From sequence record DRR723986_5550: DNA of 64,000 nucleotides; one strand, written 5' to 3'. Under the pieces are notes generated by a model. That model had not been told where the DNA came from. It did no database searches and saw only the letters and a program-made list of their open reading frames with translations. Of the stretch, positions 29,327-38,800 are shown one piece after another; the stretch's first letter is position 1, and the number at the start of each line of letters is the position of its first letter. Position numbers and translations under genes: made by a program.

Positions 29327-31318
29327 ATGCAAGTGTTCGCCTCTTATGAGCCCAATTTAAAAAAGATCAAGCGCCGCCAAGCCATGAGATTTGGCATGCC
29401 TGTGCTTGTATTTTCACTTTTAATGGCCTTGCTGGTGGCGGCAGTTTACTACGCCCAGCAAGATGAACGTGACCAAAATCAGGCAAAGCTGATTGCCGAT
29501 GCGCTGTGGGCTCGCCAGAACATTCAGTTTCAGGTGGGCGGTCTGATCAATTCGCTTCAGGCACTGACCAATGATTCACTCATTTATCCATCGGCACGGC
29601 TGGCCGCGAGTTTGAACCAGCTCAGCCGTAGTTCTGGAGAACTGGTAGCGGTATTTCGTGGACCGGAACTGACCCCGATCGTGAACCTGGAAGACAATTT
29701 CGATGAATATGACCTTGAGGCGGTTCGTCAATTGATCTCGGCACCGGTCAATCAACGTTACGAATCCCGCCTGGACGGCTTGGTTGGACCTTTTCTGTTT
29801 CAGGGACGGAATTATGTGGCGAATGTCAGCGTGGCCCAACGAGGCGAGGCTGTCACCGCGGGTTTGATCGACCTTGATTTGATGCTTGAAAAAGAACTGC
29901 CATGGTGGTTTGCTCAAGACAATCAAGTGGAACTTCTTGACGCCAGCGGCGCAACATTGTCGCGTCTGGTCAAAGCCAGCCCAGGTGCTGGCGTGTACAT
30001 GCACACCACCTCGCTGGAACTCGGCGGGCTTCAATTTCAACTCAGGGTCAACAGCATTCAAGAAGGCCCCCGATTGTTTAACTATGGCATTACCGGCGCG
30101 TTGGCCTTTTTGCTACTGTTGCTGTTGTTAAGTTTCATTATGTTGTGGCGAGACTCCCGCCGTCGTCTGGAGATTGAAGCGCGCCTGGAAGAGGAAAAGT
30201 TGTTTCGTCAGTCAATGCAAGACTCGATGGCCGTGGGCCTGCGCGTTTGGGACTTGCAGGGTTTTATTCGTTATGTGAACCCGGCATTTTGCAATATGGT
30301 GGGTTACAAACCCGAGGAACTCATCGGTATTCCACAACCTTTGCCTTATTGGCCCAGTAAGAGCACAGAGGAATACAAAAGATTGGTGGCAGATGTCATT
30401 TCAGGCAACGCCCCACCCGAGGGGTTCGAAACAATTTATCAGCACAAGAATGGCAAGTTGATTGACGTACTGATTGTGGAAGCGCCACTGAAAGATGGCC
30501 GGGGCGTTCACACTGGATGGATGAGCTCGGTCATCGACATCACCGATCGCAAACGTTCGGAATCCCTGATTGCCGAGCAACGCGAAAAATTGCAAGCAGC
30601 CTCTCGATTTGCCCTGGTGGGTGAGGTGGCCTCCAATATTGCGCATGAATTGAATCAGCCACTCGCCACGATGGTCTCTTATGCGCAGGCCGGCATGAAC
30701 TTAAGCCAGCGCGGTGCCAGTCTCGAGATGTATGGTCAGCTGTTTGAAAAATTGCGCGATCAGGCTCAGCGCGCCGGCCGTGTGGTGGGGTCCGTTCAAA
30801 ACCTGGTACGCAAACGCAAGCCGACTCGTGAAAACGTGCGCGTGGCTGACTTGATCGATTCTATTCAGTTCATGGTGAATTCAACGGCCATGCTCCATCA
30901 GGTTCGTTTGCATTTTGACATTGGTACACCCGATTTTGTGTTGTATATCGACCGAATCATGGTGGAGCAGGCCCTGGTGAACCTGGTTAAAAATGCGTCC
31001 GAGGCATTCACGGCCTCGCAACGAATTCGCAATGTGTGGATACGCGCGCGTCAGCTGGAGAACTCCTTTGAATTTTCAGTACGCGATGATGGCCCCGGCT
31101 TGAGCTTGAACAATACTGAGAAAATGTTTGAGGCCCTCGTGTCGACCAAACCCGATGGGTTGGGGCTGGGGTTAAGCCTATGCCGCTCTGTGGCTGAATC
31201 GCACGGTGGTCGATTGAAAGCCGAGGCTGTGCCTACTGGTGGCACGTGTTTTACAATGGACTTGCCGATGGCAGTCAAAGAATCCATGGAAGGAGAGCAG
31301 TCAGTTGGAGCCAACTAA
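29327..31318 (+). CDS. dctS: PAS-domain sensor histidine kinase, DctS-like
   Basis: Two TM helices, PAS (YVNPAFC.MVG..PYWP, GWMSSV.DIT), H-box IAHELNQPL, NLVKNA, DDGPG, GLGLGL; divergent from dctP. Confidence 0.85.
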   Translation: MQVFASYEPNLKKIKRRQAMRFGMPVLVFSLLMALLVAAVYYAQQDERDQNQAKLIADALWARQNIQFQVGGLINSLQALTNDSLIYPSARLAASLNQLSRSSGELVAVFRGPELTPIVNLEDNFDEYDLEAVRQLISAPVNQRYESRLDGLVGPFLFQGRNYVANVSVAQRGEAVTAGLIDLDLMLEKELPWWFAQDNQVELLDASGATLSRLVKASPGAGVYMHTTSLELGGLQFQLRVNSIQEGPRLFNYGITGALAFLLLLLLLSFIMLWRDSRRRLEIEARLEEEKLFRQSMQDSMAVGLRVWDLQGFIRYVNPAFCNMVGYKPEELIGIPQPLPYWPSKSTEEYKRLVADVISGNAPPEGFETIYQHKNGKLIDVLIVEAPLKDGRGVHTGWMSSVIDITDRKRSESLIAEQREKLQAASRFALVGEVASNIAHELNQPLATMVSYAQAGMNLSQRGASLEMYGQLFEKLRDQAQRAGRVVGSVQNLVRKRKPTRENVRVADLIDSIQFMVNSTAMLHQVRLHFDIGTPDFVLYIDRIMVEQALVNLVKNASEAFTASQRIRNVWIRARQLENSFEFSVRDDGPGLSLNNTEKMFEALVSTKPDGLGLGLSLCRSVAESHGGRLKAEAVPTGGTCFTMDLPMAVKESMEGEQSVGAN

Positions 31319-31973
31319 AAAAGTACAGGTGTTGCTGCTCGATGATGACGACGATTTGCGCGAGGGCATGAAGTGGATGTTCGAGACCGTGGATCTTCCC
31401 ATGGAGGGTTTTGCAAATTTCGAAAGCTTCAAGTCCAGGTTAGATGAATATGTCGGCAGTGATGCCGAACTTTGCCTGTTGCTCGACTTGCGCATGCCTG
31501 ACATGTCGGGCCTTGAGGTGTTTGAATGGCTCAAACGAGGTGGTTACAGCCTGGAACGTTTGCCTGTCATTTTTCTGACCGGGCATGGCGATATATCCAC
31601 GGCTGTTGAAGCTGTTAAAAATGGTGCATTCGATTTTTACGAGAAACCCACTACTGATCAGCGTTTGATTGAACGGGTGAAACAGGCACTTCAAAAATCA
31701 GGCGAGTATCTGGTTAATCTGGAAGTATTGAAACAATGGTCCGAGCGAATTGACCGCCTGTCGCCACGTGAGAGAGAAGTGATGTTCCTGGTGGCCAAGG
31801 GTAAGCTGAACAAGGTGATTGCCTCTGAGCTGGACATTTCCATGCGTACAGTTGAAGTGCACCGCGCCAATGTGTTTGACAAACTCAAGGTGCGCTCAGC
31901 TGCTGAATTGGCCACTTTGCTGAGTCGCCTCAGCGACCGACTTGGTTTTGATCAATTGGCGGGACTGGAATAA
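31305..31973 (+). CDS. dctR: FixJ-family response regulator, DctR-like
   Basis: LLDDD, LLDLRMP, FLTGHGD, EKP, LuxR HTH LSPREREV..NKVIA..RTVEVHRA. TTG 31305 follows AGGAG. Confidence 0.88.
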   Translation: MEPTKKVQVLLLDDDDDLREGMKWMFETVDLPMEGFANFESFKSRLDEYVGSDAELCLLLDLRMPDMSGLEVFEWLKRGGYSLERLPVIFLTGHGDISTAVEAVKNGAFDFYEKPTTDQRLIERVKQALQKSGEYLVNLEVLKQWSERIDRLSPREREVMFLVAKGKLNKVIASELDISMRTVEVHRANVFDKLKVRSAAELATLLSRLSDRLGFDQLAGLE

Positions 31974-32503
31974 ATTTCCACCATATTGGGTAGTCGAACT
32001 GCATCACCAAACAGCGGACTCGAGGTGTCCGGGTGCAACTCCAGCACAAAGGCCTTGCGTGCCAGCCGATTGTCCCTGAAATAATGTTGTATCGCATCCA
32101 GCCTTTGGCTGGCCACTGCGAGATCCAACTCGGCGCTGCCTTCTGTTTGGGTGCTTGACCGGATCAAAATCGGACCAGACTTTCCTGTCTTGGCAGCTTC
32201 ATTCAACACTTCAAGTTTGGGTAGGCAGTTTGATGGGATCTCGCTTTGCCCTGGCTTGAAATGAATCAACAATTCAAGCCGTCTGTCCTCCCGGCGAAGT
32301 GTTAAGGAAGCCGCAGTGCTCTGAGATTCCGACAGCGCGTTGACCACACCATTGAACAGGTCGAATGTAGGTTGGTAACCGCAGTGCATGTCTGGATTGC
32401 TTAATCGTTGAATCACGCTTTCAATCGCCTGCGCGGGTTTGATCAAACAAAGCGCGGCAACCGCAAACAGGCCAGCAATCTTTCCAGAACTGCACTTACT
32501 CAT
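31952..32503 (-). CDS. Exported protein with degenerate OmpA-C-like domain
   Basis: Signal peptide ending PAQA, then IHFKPGQSEI..ILIRSST..G..LDLAVASQRL..I..YF pattern. Confidence 0.6.
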   Translation of the reverse strand: MSKCSSGKIAGLFAVAALCLIKPAQAIESVIQRLSNPDMHCGYQPTFDLFNGVVNALSESQSTAASLTLRREDRRLELLIHFKPGQSEIPSNCLPKLEVLNEAAKTGKSGPILIRSSTQTEGSAELDLAVASQRLDAIQHYFRDNRLARKAFVLELHPDTSSPLFGDAVRLPNMVEIYSSPAN

Positions 32504-32514
32504 TTAATCGGTGC

Positions 32515-33852
32515 TCATCTTTTTTCTTCAATCTTACTGCCATCTGCCGATTTCACCTCAGGGCTTGGCTCTTGTGCAGGCACGGGCACTGTTTCTGCCT
32601 GCGCAAAACTGACCTTGATTTGGTTGGCAAGCAGATGATAAATGGACGCTGGCAAAATTCGTTTACTGACTTGTGTGGAAATGGCGGATACAAAAATCAG
32701 CGGCATGACCAAATCATGGTTGTCGACCATTTCCAGCACAATGACGAAAGCGGTAATCGGGCAGTGGGTGACAGCAGAGAGCACGCCCACCATGGCCAGC
32801 AGCATCAATGGCGCAGTTTCGCTGTTGGTCAGGCCTGCAAAAAAGTGACCAAAGCCGGCGCCAATAGACAGTGTGGGTGAAAATACGCCACCGGGAATGC
32901 CACTGGCGAAGGAAACCACAGTGGCAGCCATTTTTGTGAGCCAAAACATGGGGGAGAGTTCCTCACTGTCTTGCAGCGCAGCTTTGGTTTCTTCGTAACC
33001 TGCGCCAAACACCTCGGCACCAAATACAAGCGCCATCAAAGACAGCACAACTCCACACCCGGCTGCAAACCTGTAAGGATAACGACTACGCAAACCACCC
33101 AGAAAACTGGTACTGGACACCAGAATCAACATGCTTCGTCCGTAAAGACCACCCACTATTCCGGTGAGAATGGCCAGAGAAAAGATGATCAGCCATTCTT
33201 GCCCCCAGTCAATCGTGGCATTGGAATAGCCAAAGTATGAGTAGTTCCCTTGCAGAATCAATGCAACCAAACCAGCCAGCACAATTGCCATGAGTAGTGC
33301 CGAGGTATGTCGCATGGTTTTTCGGCGCCCCAATTCTTCGAACGCAAACATAAGGCCACCCAGGGGCGTATTGAAAGCCGCGGCCACCCCAGCTGCTCCG
33401 CCGGCAATAATCAGAGAGCGGGTATCAAAGAGTTTGGCGATGTTGGGGAAACGGCCGGCATACGCCATGAGCGCAGCACCAATCTGAACGGTGGGGCCTT
33501 CGCGTCCGGCGGCTGCACCTGCTGCAATCACAAACGGAGTGATTAGCAGTTTGCCCAAAAAGGCCCTTGGTCCCAACAGGCGCTCCATCAGGCGAGGCTT
33601 TGGGTGTTTGGTCACCTTGATGGCCTGCGGAATACCACTGCCACCAGCACCCCAGAAAATGGTGTTGACCAGCCACAGCGCTATCGGAAACACAATGGGT
33701 GGCAGCAGCAGTGCGATCCACATGTGCTCGGCAAACAGTTCTTTGTTCCACTCGCCCGCGAAGTCAGACATCCACGCAAAACCTACCGCGAGTAAGCCAA
33801 CCAGTAATGAAAAGGCATAGATGACGGAGACAATCATGCCTCGGTCTGCCAT
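32515..33852 (-). CDS. ClC family chloride channel / H+:Cl- antiporter
   Basis: GSGIP, GREGP (gating Glu), AAFNTPLGG..FAFEEL, GGVFSP; no CBS domains. The start may extend to GTG 33909. Confidence 0.92.
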   Translation of the reverse strand: MADRGMIVSVIYAFSLLVGLLAVGFAWMSDFAGEWNKELFAEHMWIALLLPPIVFPIALWLVNTIFWGAGGSGIPQAIKVTKHPKPRLMERLLGPRAFLGKLLITPFVIAAGAAAGREGPTVQIGAALMAYAGRFPNIAKLFDTRSLIIAGGAAGVAAAFNTPLGGLMFAFEELGRRKTMRHTSALLMAIVLAGLVALILQGNYSYFGYSNATIDWGQEWLIIFSLAILTGIVGGLYGRSMLILVSSTSFLGGLRSRYPYRFAAGCGVVLSLMALVFGAEVFGAGYEETKAALQDSEELSPMFWLTKMAATVVSFASGIPGGVFSPTLSIGAGFGHFFAGLTNSETAPLMLLAMVGVLSAVTHCPITAFVIVLEMVDNHDLVMPLIFVSAISTQVSKRILPASIYHLLANQIKVSFAQAETVPVPAQEPSPEVKSADGSKIEEKR

Positions 33853-33964
33853 GAATCGAGAAAGTCGAGCGCTTTGCGCCAGCCAGTTGCTTTTGGAATT
33901 CGGCCGCACGGTGGGAGGTTTCCTGCTTGGTGGGTCAACAAGCTTCAAATTGTCGCATAAAAAC

Positions 33965-33997
33965 AAAAAACCCTCAGGCTTTCGGCTGAGGGTTTTT
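33965..33997 (-). terminator. Intrinsic terminator of DEAD-box helicase gene
   Basis: Minus strand AAAAACCCTCAG-CCGAAAGC-CTGAGGGTTTTTT. Confidence 0.88.
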
Positions 33998-34034
33998 CTT
34001 GGGGTTTCCCCCTTGCTGCTTTTACGCTGCTTGT

Positions 34035-35909
34035 TTAGCCAGCGCGGCGACGGCTGAAGCCACCACGGTCACCCATGTTGCGTGCCGCGTTTTCCTTGCG
34101 TGCGCCAGAGGCGTGTTCACGCTTAGGGCCAGAAGGCGCACCCTCTGCGCGGAAGGCGGGGCGAGCACGTTCTTCCGAGCGTGGGAAGCTTGGGCGCTCT
34201 GCGTCACGATTCCACTTTTTGGGTGCATCGGAATTGCCGGAAAAGCCGGAAGGCTTGCGGTCACCAAAGGAAGGTTTGTCGCCAAACGACTTGCGCTCAC
34301 CGAAGGGCTTGCGATCGCCGAATGAAGGCTTGTCACCAAAGGATTTGCGTTCGCCAAAAGGCTTGCGATCGCCAAATGAGGGCTTGTCGCCGTAGGGCTT
34401 GCGGTCACCGAAGGGTTTGCGATCGCCGAAGCTACGCTCTTCACCTTGAACAAAAGGCTTGCGATCGCCAAAGCTGCGCTCCTCGCGGGCCTCATAAGGC
34501 TTGCGATCACCGAACGACTTGCGCTCACCAAAGGCAGGTTTGTCGCCGTATGATTTACGCTCTCCGAAGCTGCGTTCCTCGCGTGCTTCGAAGGGCTTAC
34601 GGTCACCGTAAGAGGGCTTGTCACCGTACGATTTGCGCTCGCCACCGCCAAAGCTGCGACCTTCAGAGCGACCACTGCCGTTGCCAGCGTAACCGCCTCC
34701 GCCTGAGCGACCACGGCCACCGCTTGGCTTGCCGCCGCGTGGTGCCTGTGTGAAGTTGCCGCGAGGCTCCAGGCCTTCTACCTGTTCTTCCGGGATACGT
34801 GAATTGATGAAACGCTCAATGCCGCGAACACTGATGATGTCGCAGGCTTCAGCCAAAGTAACCGCCACGCCAGTGCGTCCGGCACGACCGGTACGGCCAA
34901 TTCGGTGCACGTAATCTTCCGACTTCATGGGCATGCCGTAATTAATCACGTGAGAAATTGCAGGTACATCCAGGCCACGGGCAGCAACGTCAGTTGCAAC
35001 CAATACCTTGATGTCGCCTTTGCGAACGCTGGCCAAACGGCGGTTGCGCACGACTTGTGGCATGCCACCGTGCAGGGCGCAGGCACGAACGCCTTCGTCA
35101 GCCAAATCGCGGGCCAGGTTTTCAGCATCAATTTGTGTGCTTGTAAATACAACGGCTTGAACCATGTCTGGGTGCTCCAGCCAGTGGTTCAGCAACTTGC
35201 GCTTGTGGCCACGGTTGTCAGCCCACATCAGTTTTTGAGCGATGTCGGTGTTGGCTTCGTTCTGAGCCGCCATTTCAATGCGCTTGGGGTTATTCATGAT
35301 GTTTTCAGCCAAACCGATGATGCGTTTGGCAAACGTGGCGGAAAACATCAGTGTTTGAATACGGTTGCCACACAGCTGGTCGATGGCTTCCAGGTCTTCG
35401 GAGAAGCCCAGGTCAAGCATGCGGTCTGCCTCGTCGACGATCAGGGTGGTCACGGTGCTCAGGTTTAATTTGCCTTGCTGGGCCAAATCGAGCAAGCGAC
35501 CAGGTGTGCCCACAACGATACGGGCACCGCGCAGGCTGGCCATTTGTTTGCCGTAGGGCATGCCGCCCACAACGGTGGCTACACGAACGCCTTTGGTGAA
35601 TTTCACCAGGTTGATGGCGTCTTGGCTAACCTGTTGGGCCAATTCACGGGTGGGGCACAGAACCAGGCATTCCGGTCCTGCCAGCATTTCCATTGGGCTT
35701 TGTTCACCGCTCATCATGCGGTGCATAACGGGCAGCAGAAAACCGAAAGTTTTACCGCTACCGGTTTGGCTGGAAACCATCAGGTCGCCGCCTTCTTTGC
35801 CGAGTGGTACCACTTCAGCTTGTACGGGAGTAGGGGCGGTGATATTCAGGGCATTCAGGGCTTGCAGCAAAGGCGCGGCAAGACCCATGTCATCAAATGA
35901 CATAGACAT
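34035..35909 (-). CDS. DEAD-box RNA helicase with long repetitive C-terminal tail
   Basis: Q motif PTPVQ, QTGSGKT, PTRELAQQ, TPGRL, DEAD, SAT, ARGLD, HRIGRTGRAG. ATG 35909. Confidence 0.96.
   Translation of the reverse strand: MSMSFDDMGLAAPLLQALNALNITAPTPVQAEVVPLGKEGGDLMVSSQTGSGKTFGFLLPVMHRMMSGEQSPMEMLAGPECLVLCPTRELAQQVSQDAINLVKFTKGVRVATVVGGMPYGKQMASLRGARIVVGTPGRLLDLAQQGKLNLSTVTTLIVDEADRMLDLGFSEDLEAIDQLCGNRIQTLMFSATFAKRIIGLAENIMNNPKRIEMAAQNEANTDIAQKLMWADNRGHKRKLLNHWLEHPDMVQAVVFTSTQIDAENLARDLADEGVRACALHGGMPQVVRNRRLASVRKGDIKVLVATDVAARGLDVPAISHVINYGMPMKSEDYVHRIGRTGRAGRTGVAVTLAEACDIISVRGIERFINSRIPEEQVEGLEPRGNFTQAPRGGKPSGGRGRSGGGGYAGNGSGRSEGRSFGGGERKSYGDKPSYGDRKPFEAREERSFGERKSYGDKPAFGERKSFGDRKPYEAREERSFGDRKPFVQGEERSFGDRKPFGDRKPYGDKPSFGDRKPFGERKSFGDKPSFGDRKPFGERKSFGDKPSFGDRKPSGFSGNSDAPKKWNRDAERPSFPRSEERARPAFRAEGAPSGPKREHASGARKENAARNMGDRGGFSRRRAG
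34251..34628 (-). repeat. Coding tandem repeat: 17 hexapeptides [FY]G[DE]xxx and 3 octapeptides (..EERS)
   Basis: Units FGDRKP, FGERKS and [FY]GDKP[SA] with FEAREERS, YEAREERS, FVQGEERS; 378 bp, about 18-nt period, synonymously diverged. Confidence 0.95.
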
Positions 35910-36122
35910 AATAAAAGTTCCAATTCGATGTGGACTTAAAAATTCATCGACGAACAGAAATAAGACGACGCGGCTGGGAACTAGATTGTTCCGGATGGTC
36001 GCAAGAGAACTGGCGGCGATGGGCAAAGCACAGCTTTTAAAGCTTGTGCCAACAAAGGCAACCCAACGCGGTCCAATGGTGAAAATCGTGTTAACGACCC
36101 GTTGATTTGCAATCTGGAGCGA

Positions 36123-36151
36123 AGTCTACTGGGTTTGGGTGCAATGCACAA
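36123..36151 (-). promoter_or_regulatory. Candidate sigma70 promoter of the DEAD-box gene
   Basis: Minus strand TTGTGC-N17-TAGACT, about 210 nt upstream of the ATG. Confidence 0.45.
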
Positions 36152-36157
36152 GAAAAG

Positions 36158-36177
36158 ATTGTGGGTAAAACCACAAT
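36158..36177. promoter_or_regulatory. Palindrome in helicase/lipoprotein divergent region
   Basis: ATTGTGG-GTAAAA-CCACAAT, perfect 7-bp arms. Confidence 0.6.
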
Positions 36178-36271
36178 TAGAAGAAAAACACCAACATCCC
36201 CGCAAATGCCTATCAATTTTTCCGGGATCCGGACGTTATTACCTGTAGAGGTAGTCAATCAGGACTGGATT

Positions 36272-36862
36272 ATGAGAAAACTGAAAATATTGATGGTGGC
36301 AGGCGCTGCGACCATGCTGAGTTCATGCGATCTGTCGCAGATCCCGGGCCTGACAGGCAAATTGTCCATGGAAGACAGCAAGGCGGTGGGCGCGGCATGC
36401 AGGCATTCGGGCCGCGCACTGGAGGATTGCTTTACCTTGAACCCCAATACACATCAGTCTGGCGTATTCGAGGGTTGGCGCGACATGAATGACTACATGT
36501 TGGCCAATGAAATCGAGGTCGTGAAACCCGAGATTCGGAATTCAGCGTTCAAGCAGGAAAATACCTCAGTTGGCTCGCCTGATCTGCTGGCCACACCGGC
36601 TGATCCTGGTTCTGCGCCCGTAGGTAAGCCTGACGAGGCAGTGCCGCTGGCGCAGGGGCGGCAACGCTGGTTGCCCAAGGGCGTTGATGATCCGGCTGCA
36701 GCAGACGCCACTGTGGCTCCGCCCGCCCCTGTGGGCAGGGCCGATGCCACTGTGGCTACCCCCGCGGTAAGTGCGGAAGAGGCTCCCGCTCAAGAGGCAC
36801 CTGCGGCAGATTCGCCGTCGAGGCCATGGGAGCGCAAAAAGGACCCGAAGAAACACACCTGA
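36272..36862 (+). CDS. Hypothetical lipoprotein with Pro/Ala-rich tail
   Basis: Lipobox LSSC after MRKLKIL..; compact GAACRHSGRALEDCF..GWRDMNDYM domain; SD AGGA. Confidence 0.8.
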   Translation: MRKLKILMVAGAATMLSSCDLSQIPGLTGKLSMEDSKAVGAACRHSGRALEDCFTLNPNTHQSGVFEGWRDMNDYMLANEIEVVKPEIRNSAFKQENTSVGSPDLLATPADPGSAPVGKPDEAVPLAQGRQRWLPKGVDDPAAADATVAPPAPVGRADATVATPAVSAEEAPAQEAPAADSPSRPWERKKDPKKHT

Positions 36863-36916
36863 GGACAGTGACTGCCTGTCACAAGGTGGCTCGAGTGATA
36901 TCCTAAAAGTTCACAA

Positions 36917-38389
36917 TTGCACTTCAGGATTTCACGCGTGTCAGTTCGTAAACTAGGTGGTGTACTCGTCCTTTTTAGCATGGCTTGGCCGCAAGCCGCA
37001 TGGTCTAACGCAGTTGATCCTCAGGTTCGGGCTTTTCCTTCCAGCGTGACTCAGGCCTTTGTCAAAAAAGGCATCGCATCAGACGATTTCACAGCATACG
37101 CATTGCCCATTTCACCTTTCGTTCACCGAAAGCCGCAAGCTTATGCGCATGGCTCCAGTCAGTTGGTCAATCCTGCGTCTGTAGCCAAGGTGTTTACCAC
37201 CGCGCTGGCTTTGCAAAGGCTGGAATCTACTTATCGTTTCAAAACCGGTTTTCATGCCGAAGCCGAGCCTGTGGATGGTGTGTTGAACGGTCCCTTGTAC
37301 ATCAAGGGCAGCGGAGATCCTGCATTTTTGAGTGCCGACCTGTGGGCTTCGCTTCGACAACTTCGAACCAAGGGTGTGGATGTGATAAACGGCCCCGTGG
37401 TGTTGGACGACTCTGCCTTTACTGAACAAATGCCGAGCCTTGGTCTTGCAGAGGAAGATGCATTTGATGATGCCCCGCACCGTGCTTACCATGCCCAACC
37501 CGATGCACTGCTGCTGAATTTTGGCGCCATGTCGATCGACCTGAAAATCAACGAAAACTCCGTAGTAGTGGTGCCTGAGGAGGCACCCAAAGACTGGGCG
37601 TTCGTATCGGAAATCAATTTGACCGGTGGTGCTTGCGGTGCATGGAAGAATGGCATGTCGGTTGACTTTTCAAAAGCCGGACGCAATGTGGTGGTGACCG
37701 TGAAGGGCAATTACCCGCGTCGTTGCGGTCAGTCGCGCTTGCCCATCCGTGTACCTGCGCAAGATTGGCTTTGGGAATCCTGGGTGAAAGAGATTTGGTT
37801 GCAGTTGGGTGGCAAGTTTGCCGGTCCACAAGGCGGTCAAATGATCAAAGGGGTAACACCAGCCAACACCATTGCTTTGTACACGCATTATGGGAAACCA
37901 TTGAGCGACCTGATCAAGCAGATCAATAAATGGTCCAGCAATGTGATGGCTCGCCACCTTGAATTGGCGGTGGCAGGCACGCCCGAGGCTTTCAATGCCC
38001 AACTCAAGGATTGGTTGAGGTTGCAAGGCATTTCTTCGAATGACTGGTTTTTTGAGAATGGCTCGGGTCTGTCCCGCAACACCAGAATTGACGCAAAAGG
38101 CCTGACCGAGTTTCTGCGCAATATGGCATCCAGATCTGATTTCCCCGATTTTCTCGCCAGTTTCCCGCGTGCCGGTACAGACGGCACACTGCATCGACGT
38201 GTGAACAATGTGGATGGTTTTGCCTACCTGAAAACAGGGAGCCTTAACGGCGTTCGTTCATTGGGTGGGTATATCAGGGACCGAGAGGGGCAACTGTGGG
38301 CAGTGGGTGTTTTGGTGAAAAGCCCTAGGGCTTATGACAGCTGGGGCCCCATGGAAAGCCTGCTCGAGTTTATATACAGGGCGGAATAA
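36917..38389 (+). CDS. dacB: D-alanyl-D-alanine carboxypeptidase/endopeptidase PBP4 (S13)
   Basis: SxxK (PASVAK), GSGDP, SxN (WSSN), GSGLSR, KTGSL. Start is uncertain. Confidence 0.93.
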   Translation: MHFRISRVSVRKLGGVLVLFSMAWPQAAWSNAVDPQVRAFPSSVTQAFVKKGIASDDFTAYALPISPFVHRKPQAYAHGSSQLVNPASVAKVFTTALALQRLESTYRFKTGFHAEAEPVDGVLNGPLYIKGSGDPAFLSADLWASLRQLRTKGVDVINGPVVLDDSAFTEQMPSLGLAEEDAFDDAPHRAYHAQPDALLLNFGAMSIDLKINENSVVVVPEEAPKDWAFVSEINLTGGACGAWKNGMSVDFSKAGRNVVVTVKGNYPRRCGQSRLPIRVPAQDWLWESWVKEIWLQLGGKFAGPQGGQMIKGVTPANTIALYTHYGKPLSDLIKQINKWSSNVMARHLELAVAGTPEAFNAQLKDWLRLQGISSNDWFFENGSGLSRNTRIDAKGLTEFLRNMASRSDFPDFLASFPRAGTDGTLHRRVNNVDGFAYLKTGSLNGVRSLGGYIRDREGQLWAVGVLVKSPRAYDSWGPMESLLEFIYRAE

Positions 38390-38491
38390 ATCGAGCCAAA
38401 AATGATGCGCTTGCCCGCAAGCCTTTCCTAATCTGGGTTTTCCTTTGTTAGACTGACTTATTACATTCACTCATCCGCACGAGGCCAATAT

Positions 38492-38791
38492 ATGGACAAC
38501 AGCAAAGACAAACTTTTTAGTGACATGAAAATTGTGTTGAGCGATGCCGAAGATCTGTTGAAAGCCGCAGCGTCGTCCTCAGGCGAGCGCGCAGTCGAAT
38601 TGCGTGAAAAGGCGCTGGTCAGTTTGCGTCGCGCAAAAGAGGTGATGCAAGACGCCCAATCGGCAGTACTTGAGAAAGGCAAAGCCGCGGCGCGTGCCAC
38701 GGATGACTATGTGCATGACCACCCCTGGAAAGCAGTGGGTATCGCTGCAGCGGTGGGTTTCGTATTGGGTTTGATTGTTAACCGTCGTTAA
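38492..38791 (+). CDS. ElaB/YqjD/DUF883 family membrane-anchored ribosome-binding protein
   Basis: ATDDYVHDHPWKAVGIAAAVGFVLGLIVNRR C-terminal signature. Confidence 0.93.
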   Translation: MDNSKDKLFSDMKIVLSDAEDLLKAAASSSGERAVELREKALVSLRRAKEVMQDAQSAVLEKGKAAARATDDYVHDHPWKAVGIAAAVGFVLGLIVNRR

Positions 38792-38800
38792 AGGCTGGCC

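Noticed and set aside
34022..34753. Repetitive alternative-frame ORFs (34022-34720 -, 34075-34395 +, 34181-34753 +), and a possible CRISPR or VNTR reading of the repeats
   Set aside because: They are shadows of the helicase tail repeat. Variation falls at third codon positions of the helicase frame, and there are no unique spacers or cas genes.
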